This document shows positions 1 through 10,300 of a stretch of 64,000 bases of DNA, piece after piece. The stretch is from Verrucomicrobiota bacterium (GTDB lineage Bacteria > Verrucomicrobiota > Verrucomicrobiia > Opitutales > Coraliomargaritaceae). The notes under the pieces were generated by a model. That model saw only the letters and a list, made by a program, of their open reading frames with translations. It made no database searches and had not been told where the DNA came from. The stretch spans positions 1 to 64,000 of the forward strand of contig JBCBZJ010000017.1 of assembly GCA_039815375.1 (NCBI GenBank), in the 5' to 3' direction. Made by a program: the position numbers and the translations under genes. Each line of letters begins with the position of its first letter. Positions within the stretch are counted from its first letter, which is position 1.

Positions 1-1
1 C

Positions 2-178
2 CAATTCGGAAACCGTAGAGCCGGCATTATCAGCCCGACGCTGAGCCCCACTGACCTCACGACGTTTGGTCGTCACCTTTGCCTCAAGCTCATTGAGTTC
101 ATTGGCGAGTGGGACTTTTTCTTCTCCGATGCTTGACTGTAGGGCAGCATATTCAGCAAGGGCCTTGCTATGGATGAA
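2..178 (-). pseudogene. Start-less fragment of a coiled-coil protein, resembling the periplasmic N-terminal region of long MotA/TolQ/ExbB proteins
   Basis: Open frame SKALAEYAALQSSIGEEKVPLANELNELEAKVTTKRREVSGAQRRAD runs off the window edge; upstream in-frame TGA at 214-212 with no start codon between it and the coiled coil. Confidence 0.35.
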
Positions 179-1674
179 GATGGCTCGTCTATAATCATCA
201 AATCTCCTGGATCAGAAGATAGGGCAAGAGCAGCTGACTGAGCATTAAAGCTGTCTAGGCCAGGTCCCATGTGTATCGTGAGTTTACCCCCATCCCTAAC
301 TTGAATGGTATCGGTTTGAAAGAAACCGGTTCTGTTGAAATGCAGAATAACGTTACTACCAGAATCAACAATAATGTTCTTTTGAACGTTGCCTCTGCTG
401 TTTACTTCAAACCTTACGGGTTGGTCATTTGAAACACTTCCTCCTTGGATTAGTATATTCTTTTTATTGTTATATCTCGACGCAGAAGATGCAGTTGCGC
501 CAGACGGCGTGCTATCTGCTGTAGCTGTATTGATCGATCCTGCTCGTAAGTTAATCTTCCCGCCAAAGTAGGGAGTGTGTTCGTAAATAGCGCCATCAAA
601 AGGATTTTTTATTGGCGCATTTCCAGCTGTTTCATGGAAGATGTATTGCGTATTGTCTGGGAAATAATTGATGTTTGACGTCAACTCATCTTGAAATGCG
701 AGTATTTCCGCTTCCGTATCAATATTATCGAAGTCGGTTGTACCATTACTATCCTGAGCGGCTTGCAGTGACTCTGCCTCGTTGGCTCCTGTAATGAAAT
801 CAAAAAACGTTTTTCCATCGCCCGGGACCAATGTTGTATTTTGAATATCTTCGACGTCAGTTCTGCGCGCATAGTAAATGTTTATCGCTGAAGATGTTCC
901 CCCGCCACCGGCAAGATCTCGGGAGTAATAGGAAACGTAGGGAATATTTGAGCCCTGGGGCGCATGCCCCCAGCTTCCAATAAATAAATCGAGTGGTTCG
1001 TAGCTTAAGAGAAGATCAAACCCAGGATCATTTTGCAAAGTTTGACCTGCATAAGTCAGGTTTGGGGTTGTATCTAATACGAAATCAGAATCGTAACTAT
1101 ATAAGTCTAAACCTGAGATAGGATCGATAGAACTGTCATAAGTTCCGATTTGATCAAGTTGCCATTCACTTCTTGCGTTGTCCATCAACCGCATACCTGC
1201 TAAATCCTGCACGATGGCTAAATCTTCAGTAGAGACGGTCAATCCATCCGTTGCTTGTATTCCGCTTACGCTGGTGACGCGGGCAACCGCTTCTATTGTG
1301 TATAAGTAGCTTGAAGTTCCCCCGGTTGGTAGAGTCGTTCTGCTTACTGTTTGTTCGATTAATCCTATGCGGTTGTCCCTACTTAATCCTGAGTCTGTTC
1401 TGGTGTAAATCGTAGTATTACCAGTATTTGAACTACTCCAGGTGGGGTCCGAATCCATGGTGTTTTGTCGGACATACCAGAATGCTTCTTCGACTCCTTC
1501 TTCTGCAAGTAGCCTCGCTTGCACTCTAACATTTGTTTTCTCAACACTTGACCTGGTATAGCTTAAAACTGCATTTAACGAAGCAATGATAGCGGACAGG
1601 ATGATAATGGCAATCAGGGTTGATAAGAGAACAGACCCGCGCTTTTTTTCGATATTATCTTTGTTCAATTTCAT
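73..1674 (-). CDS. PilX-like minor pilin/pseudopilin (large), C-terminus probably non-native
   Basis: N-terminal KKRGSVLLSTLIAIIIL and QARLLAEEGVEEA (PilX-type N-terminus); third gene of a prepilin cluster; the last ~30 codons overlap a different protein-like frame. Confidence 0.7.
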   Translation of the reverse strand: MKLNKDNIEKKRGSVLLSTLIAIIILSAIIASLNAVLSYTRSSVEKTNVRVQARLLAEEGVEEAFWYVRQNTMDSDPTWSSSNTGNTTIYTRTDSGLSRDNRIGLIEQTVSRTTLPTGGTSSYLYTIEAVARVTSVSGIQATDGLTVSTEDLAIVQDLAGMRLMDNARSEWQLDQIGTYDSSIDPISGLDLYSYDSDFVLDTTPNLTYAGQTLQNDPGFDLLLSYEPLDLFIGSWGHAPQGSNIPYVSYYSRDLAGGGGTSSAINIYYARRTDVEDIQNTTLVPGDGKTFFDFITGANEAESLQAAQDSNGTTDFDNIDTEAEILAFQDELTSNINYFPDNTQYIFHETAGNAPIKNPFDGAIYEHTPYFGGKINLRAGSINTATADSTPSGATASSASRYNNKKNILIQGGSVSNDQPVRFEVNSRGNVQKNIIVDSGSNVILHFNRTGFFQTDTIQVRDGGKLTIHMGPGLDSFNAQSAALALSSDPGDLMIIDEPSSSIARPLLNMLPYSQASEKKKSHSPMNSMSLRQR

Positions 1675-1686
1675 AATTAATCCTAG

Positions 1687-2289
1687 TTAAATAGTCGGTT
1701 TATAAATAGTGAAAACAAACTCGTTCTCGCCGCTTTTTTGATCCCTATATGTTGTATAGTTTCTATACAAAGTTAGGACAATTTTGTTAACGCTCTCGAG
1801 TTGTGTTGCTGTTAGTGCGACGTCATTTGCAGTCGTAAATTTTGTTCCACCTTCATCCTGATATTCGATTTTTGGAAATCCTGCTTCGGACGATGCGATC
1901 TGAGAGAAAATTTTAATTTCCGTAAGAACAGTAGTTAAGTCACTTGGATCATAGGTCTTCCGGATGAAATCATAAGATGAACCACTCTGAATTAAATTGT
2001 ATGTAACTATACGGTGTTCAGCACTATCATTAAAACCTTCGGATTTTATTGTAAATTCATTCCCGTAAGCAGAACTGAGTGAAGCTGCGTAGCTCATGTC
2101 CTGGTCGATCGCCTTAAGCGCTATGCTGCGTTCATTAACAAAAAAACTTTTTTCTGTCAACGTAGCGACTGTAGCCAGAGTGTAGATCATTAAATTGGCA
2201 AAGATTATACCGAATATCGAAAAAATCGACATCGCAATTAAGAGCTCAAGAAGGGTAAAGGCCCTCTTGCTTTCTTTTAATTGCATCAT
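1687..2289 (-). CDS. Prepilin-type N-terminal cleavage/methylation protein (PilW/GspJ-like)
   Basis: KRAFTLLELLIAMSIF type IV prepilin motif with Glu at +5. Confidence 0.85.
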   Translation of the reverse strand: MMQLKESKRAFTLLELLIAMSIFSIFGIIFANLMIYTLATVATLTEKSFFVNERSIALKAIDQDMSYAASLSSAYGNEFTIKSEGFNDSAEHRIVTYNLIQSGSSYDFIRKTYDPSDLTTVLTEIKIFSQIASSEAGFPKIEYQDEGGTKFTTANDVALTATQLESVNKIVLTLYRNYTTYRDQKSGENEFVFTIYKPTI

Positions 2290-2726
2290 TGCATAACTCC
2301 TCTGTTTAAAAAAGTACTTTGAAATTCTCTGGACATTGATTTGTTTAATACGGACCAGTTGACAGTAAGTTTTATAATTAGTGAATCGTCGGCAGTAGCT
2401 CCGTAAATAGAGTCTGGTGTGGCTATGCCGCTTATACTGTAGCCGTCTGTGGTCGTTTGGATTGTCGTTTCTACTGAACTGCCGGTGCTTGTAGAGGTAA
2501 GCCCAAAAAGAAACACGAGGTCAGTAAAATCTCTCGAGCGAAAATCTTTGAAAATGTCGTCTGCTAATTCAATCGCACGAACAGTACTATACTGCTCATG
2601 TACGGCTGCAGTATAATAGCGTATGCCACTTAGCAAGCCAGCTGCGAAGATTGAAAAGATGAAGAGACCTACGACGATTTCTGCCAAGGTGAAAGCTTCG
2701 ATTCTATTTTTCTCTGATGCAGACAT
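2286..2726 (-). CDS. Prepilin-type protein (PilV/GspI-like)
   Basis: EAFTLAEIVVGLFIF prepilin motif; ATG at 2726 preferred over the upstream TTG. Confidence 0.8.
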   Translation of the reverse strand: MSASEKNRIEAFTLAEIVVGLFIFSIFAAGLLSGIRYYTAAVHEQYSTVRAIELADDIFKDFRSRDFTDLVFLFGLTSTSTGSSVETTIQTTTDGYSISGIATPDSIYGATADDSLIIKLTVNWSVLNKSMSREFQSTFLNRGVMQ

Positions 2727-3015
2727 CAAAATTAGTTCAAATGCAATAGACAAGCTATAGTCTCTTGAATAATCGGGAATTAATCAGCGTGTAGTAGATA
2801 AAGCTGTACTAATATAGTGAAGCAGACAAATCTATTATGGATTTGTAAGTCTTTTTTTATTGGGGACTTACATATGAGGGAAATCCCTATATTAGATCGT
2901 GGTTTAAACGTATATTCTTACAAGTGGAATTCTTTTGGAAGGCTCTATGCTGAAATGGATGATTTAAATTTTCCTACGTTTATCGGTAAACCATCATTCG
3001 ATATCGGAGCGTGAT

Positions 3016-3798
3016 TTAAAGGACGAGAGACACCGGGCAGTGATCCGACCCCGTGACTTCGCTGAGCAGATTAATCTCTTTCGCTTTGTCCTTTAACCTT
3101 TCAGAAATGCAAAAGTAATCGATACGCCAACCTACATTTCTTTTCCGAGCCCCTGCCCGGTAGGACCACCAAGTGTAACACCCGGATTTATCCGGGTAGA
3201 AATATCGGAAGCAATCAACAAACCCTGATTCCAATATCGTATCAAAACGGCTGCGTTCTTCATCTGTGAATCCGGCATTTTTTCGATTTGTTCCAGGGTT
3301 TGCCAGGTCAATTTCTTTGTGAGCTACATTGATGTCGCCACAGAAAATCACCGGTTTCACTTGGTCAAGACGCATGACGTAATCAAGGAAGTCGACGTCC
3401 CATTCCTCAGTGCGGTAGGTCAATCGGCGGGGTTTTTTTGTTTCGTCGTGATTTTGGGAATTTGGTGTGTAAACATTCACTAAATAATAGTTCGGAAACT
3501 CGGCTGTGATGACCCGGCCTTCCTTGTCGTGTTTCTCAATGTTGATCCCGTTCTTGACCGATATGGGCTCGACTCTACTCAGAATCGCGGTGCCGGAGTA
3601 GCCCTTCTTTTCCGCGCAGTTCCAGTAAAGGTAGGGGAAGTCTTCAAACTGGAAATCTCCGGTCAGGTCAGAGGAGATTTTTGTTTCTTGTAGGCAGACA
3701 ACATCCGCACCGCATCCTGCCAGAAAATCGTTGAAACCTTTTTTCAGCACAGCTCGAAGGCCATTAACATTCCAGGAAATTAAAGTTGTCCGGCTCAT
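3016..3798 (-). CDS. xth: Exodeoxyribonuclease III / AP endonuclease
   Basis: [35 protein letters not shown] and GSDHCP motifs. Confidence 0.95.
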   Translation of the reverse strand: MSRTTLISWNVNGLRAVLKKGFNDFLAGCGADVVCLQETKISSDLTGDFQFEDFPYLYWNCAEKKGYSGTAILSRVEPISVKNGINIEKHDKEGRVITAEFPNYYLVNVYTPNSQNHDETKKPRRLTYRTEEWDVDFLDYVMRLDQVKPVIFCGDINVAHKEIDLANPGTNRKNAGFTDEERSRFDTILESGFVDCFRYFYPDKSGCYTWWSYRAGARKRNVGWRIDYFCISERLKDKAKEINLLSEVTGSDHCPVSLVL

Positions 3799-5550
3799 AG
3801 CAGACAGATTCGCCAAACCGCGGCCTATGGCAAAGGCTATTTAATGAAAATTGGCTGTAGAGTTTCTTGCCAACGACAAGCAACAGAAGGCATGAATTGG
3901 AAAGCTTCCTGTCCTAAGGGCTTTTTTTTATTTTGTGATATCTCTTCAGCGGAAACTGTATTCGGATCTTCAAATTTACTAAAGGTTGCAAAGGATTTCA
4001 GATAATCAACGAATCTGGAAAGCAGTTGCTCAAAATTCTTAGCTTTCGCTGAAAAGAGATTCGGGCGCCGGGCCGACTTAGGTTGCCTGATTCTACTTGG
4101 GCCCTGCTTTGAATTTCAACTTCCTGCAAATAGACAAATTTTCTACGTAAGGGGTAGAGTTCGTTGATCGGTTCGTCTGGATGTATCAATTTCCATTGTT
4201 TAAAAACTACATGATTTTTGATGCCGTGTTCTACTGGGTAGTGAAGTGAAAGATCTTAGGATGCTTTAGTGCAAAATACGACCTTCGATACTTTTTTAAA
4301 ACATCACTTGGATCATCGAAAATGGTATTTCCTCGGAGGCTCCGACTTTCCTTTTGAGGTCTGAGCAGTTGATTGATCTGCATTAAATAAGTTCTCTCAT
4401 TTACCCTTAATGAAGGCTATACCTCAGTTGTATGAAAGATAAATTAAAAAAGTCATAAAGTATTGATTTTGAATATCTTAAAACTAATTAAATGGTTAAA
4501 AATTTAGATATTCGAGGCTTTTATTTTATTCAATTAACCCTTGTTGCAGCTACTAAAGGTTTAGGATTTCCTGTTTTGTGTTTTCCGGAGACGTTTTTCT
4601 AGCCTGTTGAGAATGTTCTGGGTCAGCTGAATCATGACCAAAAGATCGTTCTGATTGATGCCCGTAATACTGTCACACTTGTGATTGGATTGGCCAGGAT
4701 TTCGGGCCCGATCAACTCTCGTAGAGTCCCTTTCGATGCTTTACGGGCTTAAATCGATAATCGCACTGAATGCATAAAAGTTACCGTGATCTCGCCCTGG
4801 TTGGAACGGCTCAGACTGTAATCTTTCATCTTATTTTTGTGCCATAGGTATCCAGGGTGCTAACTTGTTGCCATTGGATTAGTAACTCTTAACGGAATTC
4901 AAGTTGCTCTATATCAGTGCATTGCAGAGAAATTGATCGGTCCATCTAATCGGTTTCGACGACTAAAATGCCACCTAGTCAAAGGCAATCCAGCTATCTG
5001 GCCTACTGATGAGGCTGTTTCTTTCGCTCCAATCGGAATTCTTAGATATCTAAATATTTTCTTCTGTATCGCTCTCTGCCGGCAGCGGATCGCCGCATTG
5101 TCGGTATTTTGGCGATACATTCAGCGTTTGTTAAGAAGCCGGCTGAGGTTAGTTCGGAGCAGGAGTTTAAAACCTTGGAGGGAAAGCTCCTAGGCGAAAA
5201 AATTGGGCGATCATCTGGTAAGGCTGATGCAAGTTGTCAGGCGTTTCTAGAAGATTTTCTAATGACATAACTATTAAGACTTATACTGCATTTTATGCAA
5301 ATAATGTAGGTAGTATAGTGTATTAATAGTTATGGGGTAATGGGCCTATATGAGAGACAACAACCTTGTATTTAGGTGCCTGGAGGATACCTAAAGGCAC
5401 ATGTATAAACACCTTTTAAGCCGCTTGTTTCCTACAATGCTAATATTACCTAATTTATATTACGATACTTAAAAATGTTACCTATCTACACTGCTTTTTT
5501 CGAAAAAAATAAGACATCTAAAAAAATTTTATCACACAACCACCAACACA

Positions 5551-6048
5551 ATGCTTATGCAAAAACAGTTCAGTCTTTTAGCAGGCCTTAGCGTTCTAAT
5601 CGCTTCGGTCTTAACTGCGCAGGAGGCAAAACGCCAACCGCTCTCCCTTGAAGTTCGGGCGGAGCTCGAGACGGTTCGCATCCAACCGGATGGGCGGCGC
5701 CTCGTTGAGCTGGTCAGTGCCGAGAAGGTGCTGCCAGGTGAGACGATCGTCTATACCATAACCTACACGAATCCGGGCGAAATTCCGGCCGAGAATGTAG
5801 TTATCAATAATCCTGTGCCCGAAGAGATGATGTATCTCGACGGCAGTGCAGTCGGGGAGGGAACACAGATCGATTTTTCAGTCGATGGTGAGACCTATGG
5901 AAAATCTGCAGATCTTGTCGTCTCACTTTCGGACGGCACTACCAGACCCGCGGAGCCGGGCGAATACCGAGCCGTGCGCTGGACCCTCGTCGAGGATATT
6001 CCGGCTAACAGCAGCGGGTTCGTTCGCTACAGGGCAATCCTCAGATAG
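5551..6048 (+). CDS. Secreted stand-alone DUF11-type Ig-like protein
   Basis: Signal peptide; PGETIVYTITYTN...NVVINNPVP DUF11-like motif. Confidence 0.8.
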   Translation: MLMQKQFSLLAGLSVLIASVLTAQEAKRQPLSLEVRAELETVRIQPDGRRLVELVSAEKVLPGETIVYTITYTNPGEIPAENVVINNPVPEEMMYLDGSAVGEGTQIDFSVDGETYGKSADLVVSLSDGTTRPAEPGEYRAVRWTLVEDIPANSSGFVRYRAILR

Positions 6049-6107
6049 TCGCTCCGCGCTCTATCATTTTTCAAGTCAAAGATTAACTAAACCAAACCAA
6101 AAACATA

Positions 6108-7208
6108 ATGAAAATGCACAATACACGAATAAGCCTCGGCTTATATCTCGCAGGTTTGATTGGCCTTCTGGCCTTCACACCTGCTGTTACATTCGCGCAG
6201 GACACTGCCGCGGATACCGACGTAAGCAACACCGCCACGGTCTCTTATGAGTTCGATGGTGCACCGCAGCCAGACGAAACCGGCGAAGAGTCCTTCGAAG
6301 TGGATGCACGTGTCCAACCCGTCGTCACACTCGATAATGCACCGGAAATCACCATTGGTGAAGATGATACCGTTACTGAGTTTACAGTTACCAATAGTGG
6401 TAACCAGACTCAGGACTTTATTATTGATCTGGTTCAGCCGACCGACGATGACTTCGACCTCGAGAATGTTGTTGTCTATCGAGATGGTGGAGACGGCGTC
6501 TTCGACCCAGACGATCCTTTAGGTGGTGACGACATTGTGATCGTTATCAGCACTCAGGACGAAACGCAGGTTGGCCGAATTGATGATATCGCGGCAGGTG
6601 ACGACGTTACGGTCTGGGTAGTTGGCGATGTGCCGGAAACAGGTGTCGATCCCGATGATTCCGTTGATCTTGATTTGATCGCAACTGCTTTCAAGTCAGA
6701 CGGCAGTGGTATCGAAGTAGCGACTTCTGCCGGTTCAGCCGATATCGACACAGTGGATACCGTTTTTGCTGATGCTGACGGTCCTGCTACAGTCGACGAT
6801 GCAACCGATGGTCAAGCTTCCGACGATGCGACCCTCACAACTCCTGATGATACAATCAGTGTAACCAAGGGAGCCGAAGTTCGCAACTCTGACGGAAGCG
6901 GTGGCGCAGACCAGTTCTATCTTCCCGGTGAGCGCGTTCGTTACACCATTACTCTGGATTACAGCGGCCTCGACGAAGAGGATGCGAGTAACATCGTGAT
7001 GGCCGACCCGATTCCAGCTAACACGACCTACGTCGCCGGTTCGATTACCTTGAATACCGTAGCCCAGACCGATGCTGATGATGATCCGGGCACAGACTTC
7101 TCTGACTTCGGAGCCACAACTGCTGACACAGTCACTGTAGTAATTCAGGGCACGCGTAATAGCAGTAGCTCGGATGACGTCATTACTTTCGACGTCACCA
7201 TTGATTAA
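6108..7208 (+). CDS. Secreted acidic DUF11-type protein, putative major filament subunit
   Basis: Signal peptide ending VTFA; N-terminal SNTATVSY; C-terminal VTK...PGERVRYTI...ADPIP domain; Asp-rich loops. Confidence 0.8.
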   Translation: MKMHNTRISLGLYLAGLIGLLAFTPAVTFAQDTAADTDVSNTATVSYEFDGAPQPDETGEESFEVDARVQPVVTLDNAPEITIGEDDTVTEFTVTNSGNQTQDFIIDLVQPTDDDFDLENVVVYRDGGDGVFDPDDPLGGDDIVIVISTQDETQVGRIDDIAAGDDVTVWVVGDVPETGVDPDDSVDLDLIATAFKSDGSGIEVATSAGSADIDTVDTVFADADGPATVDDATDGQASDDATLTTPDDTISVTKGAEVRNSDGSGGADQFYLPGERVRYTITLDYSGLDEEDASNIVMADPIPANTTYVAGSITLNTVAQTDADDDPGTDFSDFGATTADTVTVVIQGTRNSSSSDDVITFDVTID

Positions 7209-7210
7209 AC

Positions 7211-7280
7211 GAAAAGGCCGTCCATAGGCTTTTTCGAACATATTGTGCGTAAAGCACCGTCCGCAGCGCGGGCGGTGCTT
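7211..7280 (+). terminator. Two consecutive hairpins (terminator or mRNA stabiliser) after the 366-aa gene
   Basis: gaaaaggcc/ggctttttc (7211-7235) and a 13-bp stem aagcaccgtccgc/gcgggcggtgctt (7252-7280). Confidence 0.6.
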
Positions 7281-7328
7281 CTTCGCGCACATGGACGTGT
7301 AAGTTCCCGCATTTGCGGGTGCTTGCGA

Positions 7329-10300
7329 ATGGCTGTGCCTACTCTATTGCCGAGATCTCGGTGGTGGGGTAGGCGCAGCCTCCCGGTCCAAATGGTTGCC
7401 GTTTTGGCAGCTATTTCTCCAACCCTTTCCAAGGCTCAAACTCAAGTCGGCACTGAAGTGCTGAATGTGGTTCGTGTGGACTACACGAATGTCTTTGGCG
7501 TTGAAAAGGATCCTGTGACAGCGTCCGCATTATTTACCGTCGATCCGGTCCGGACACCTTCCACAATTATATTCTATAACTATGCGCCCACCGTTAGCGG
7601 CGCGGAGTCGATCAACATCGACACCATAAACTATCAAGACGGTCCAAATGGACCGCTCACGCCATTGGCTCCGCCCAATGATTTCGGTAATCCGATTGAT
7701 TTGAATGTGCCGGTTCCGTTGCTTCCAACGGGGCTCTATCATGCGGGCCAACCAATTTTCCTTACCCTTGAAGATATCGATCAGAATCTTCAACCGGACA
7801 TACGCGAGACTGTGCTGGTCACTCTAACTGTTTCAGCCACAGGTGACGAAGAGGTCTTGCGCTTTGTCGAAACCGGTCCGAACACCGGTCTCTTTGCGGG
7901 CTACATTCCATCCGCGAGTGGTTCGACTACGATTTTCGACGGAGTGCTCACACTAGAGCCCGAAGCTGAAATTGTTGCAAGCTACATTGATGTGATCGAT
8001 GGCACGGATGTTTCTAGCGCGGCTGCCTTGATCGACCCATTCGGCATTGTCTTTGACAGCCAGACCGGTCTGCCGGTTAACGGGGCGATCGTCACAATCA
8101 TCAACAACGCGACTGGTTTACCTGCCACAGTGATTGGTGATGACGGTTTCAGCTTGTATCCATCGGTTGTCGTTACCGGCTCGACCGTTCAGGACAGTAG
8201 TGGCACGAGTTATCCAATGCCGGATGGTGGCTTTCGCTTCCCGCTTCTTGCTGCTGGGGACTACCGCCTTGAAGTGGAGCCGCCCGCGGGTTACACTTTC
8301 GCAAGTACGGTAGACGATGTCGACCTGCAAAGCCTGCCCGGTGCTCCATTTGAACTAGTTGTTGGTTCGCGCGGCGAAGTGTTTACGCTGCTTCCCGGGC
8401 CGGCTCTCGAAATCGACGTGCCGATTGATCCGGCCCCGGACCTCGATCCGGGAGTGGGTCTCTTCCTGCAGAAGTCTGCGTTCGATGCGAGTGTCGCGAT
8501 CGGTGACTTCCTGCGCTATGACCTCGTTCTTGAGAACACTGGGATTGATGACGCCACAAACATTGTTCTTGAGGATACATTGCCCCACGGTTTCCGCTAT
8601 CAATCCGGTTCGGCTTATCTGGGCAACGTCAAGTTACCGGATCCGGATATCGCTGAAAACGGTCGCGACCTTACCTTTAACGGACTTGGATTCGTTCCCG
8701 CCGGTGAATCTGTTGAACTGCGCTATGTCGTTGAAGTTACATCTGCCACGCGTTTGGGTGATGCAACGAACAGGGCAATCTTCTTTGGCTCAGGGAATGC
8801 CGAGTCCAATGAAGCACGTGCTACCGTTACGGTTGTCGATGACCTGCGTGGAGATAACATTTTGATTGGCCGTGTCATGATCCGTCCGATGGATCGGGAT
8901 CTGTGGACGAAGGATGATCAAACCATCGGACTGCCGGGTCTCGAAGGTGCCCGTCTTTACCTCGAAGATGGTTCTTATGTCATCACCGACGATGAAGGGC
9001 GGTTCCACTTCGAGGGAGTCAGCCCGGGAGTGCACGTGGTTCAGCTCGATGGATTGAGTGTGCCCGAGAAATATGAGATCATCGGTGTTGAGAACACGCG
9101 TTTCGCTGGTCGGGATTATTCGCAGTTCGTCGACTTGCAGGCGGGCGTAATGTGGCGGACCGACTTCTTTGTTGTTGAACGTGCACCACGTCAGGGTGTG
9201 CTCAGCGCGGAAGTCTGTGAATTGGTTGAGGATGGTTTTGCCGGTGCGGTCGTTTCCTTGAAGAGTGATCTGCTCGAGGTTTCGCGTCTGCGAGCGATCT
9301 TTATGTTGCCTGAAGGCGTCGAAGTAGTCGGGAAGGAGGCCCGGTTTGGCGAACGAAGTATAGCGATGGATATTCGTGGCAAGACGGTCACAGTTGACCT
9401 AGGTGCATTTGCAGCCGGTGAGTCCGGTAAGCTTCGTGTGCCGTTTAGCCATGATGCACCTGCTGATATAAATGTTTTGCTCTTTGCCGATGCAAACGGT
9501 GAAAAGAACATTCGATCCGATAAGCTCACCTTCCGTCTCGATGGAGCTGCAGACTGCAGCGCCGAAGTTCGAATCGAACGAGAAGTTGAGTGGGGTGAAG
9601 TCGAGCCAGTCAATACACCGATCAAAATTTCGGAAGATTCCAGACTGTCACACGATGCGGACTGGTTGGACAAAGTAGGTTCTTCATTCGAATGGGTCGA
9701 ACCAGCCTTGGATTACGTGCCTACGATTCCTGTCTTGAGTATGGGTATAAAGTACCCGACTGGTCATCGTATTGAGCTCTATAATGATGGTGAACTGGTT
9801 AGCGGTCTGTTCCTTGAAGGCTCAATTACGGGAACAAAACGAGAGACGACGCTAAGGCGCTGGACTGGTCTGAACATCGAGCTCGGCTCGAATCCGTTTA
9901 CAGCGGTTATTATTGATTCGGACGGCAACGAAGTCGAGCGCATCGAGCGGAACTTCCACTACTCCGGCCCGGCAGTGAGGGCCGAGTATGTTAAGGAGTC
10001 TTCTATTCTGGTAGCCGACGGTCGAACGAATCCGGCCATTGCTCTGCGTCTGACCGATGCTGAGGGTAAACCTGTCCGGCCGGGTATGCGTGGAAGCTTC
10101 CGCGTCGATCCACCTTATGAGGCGCTATCTTTTGAAGAGCAGCGCATCGACCGTTTCTTACGAGTTGGAGAGCGGGAGCGCCAGGTTGAATATGAGGTCG
10201 GCGAGAATGGTGTCGCGCTTCTATACCTCGAGCCGACTGCGCAGTCCGGTGAAGTTACAGTTCGACTCGACCTGAATCAACGTGAGTTTGATTTCCAAGC

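Noticed and set aside
2817..3014. 65-aa ORF, plus the small ORFs at 3998-5193 and 60249-60813
   Set aside because: Short, no motifs or RBS, located in AT-rich intergenic DNA
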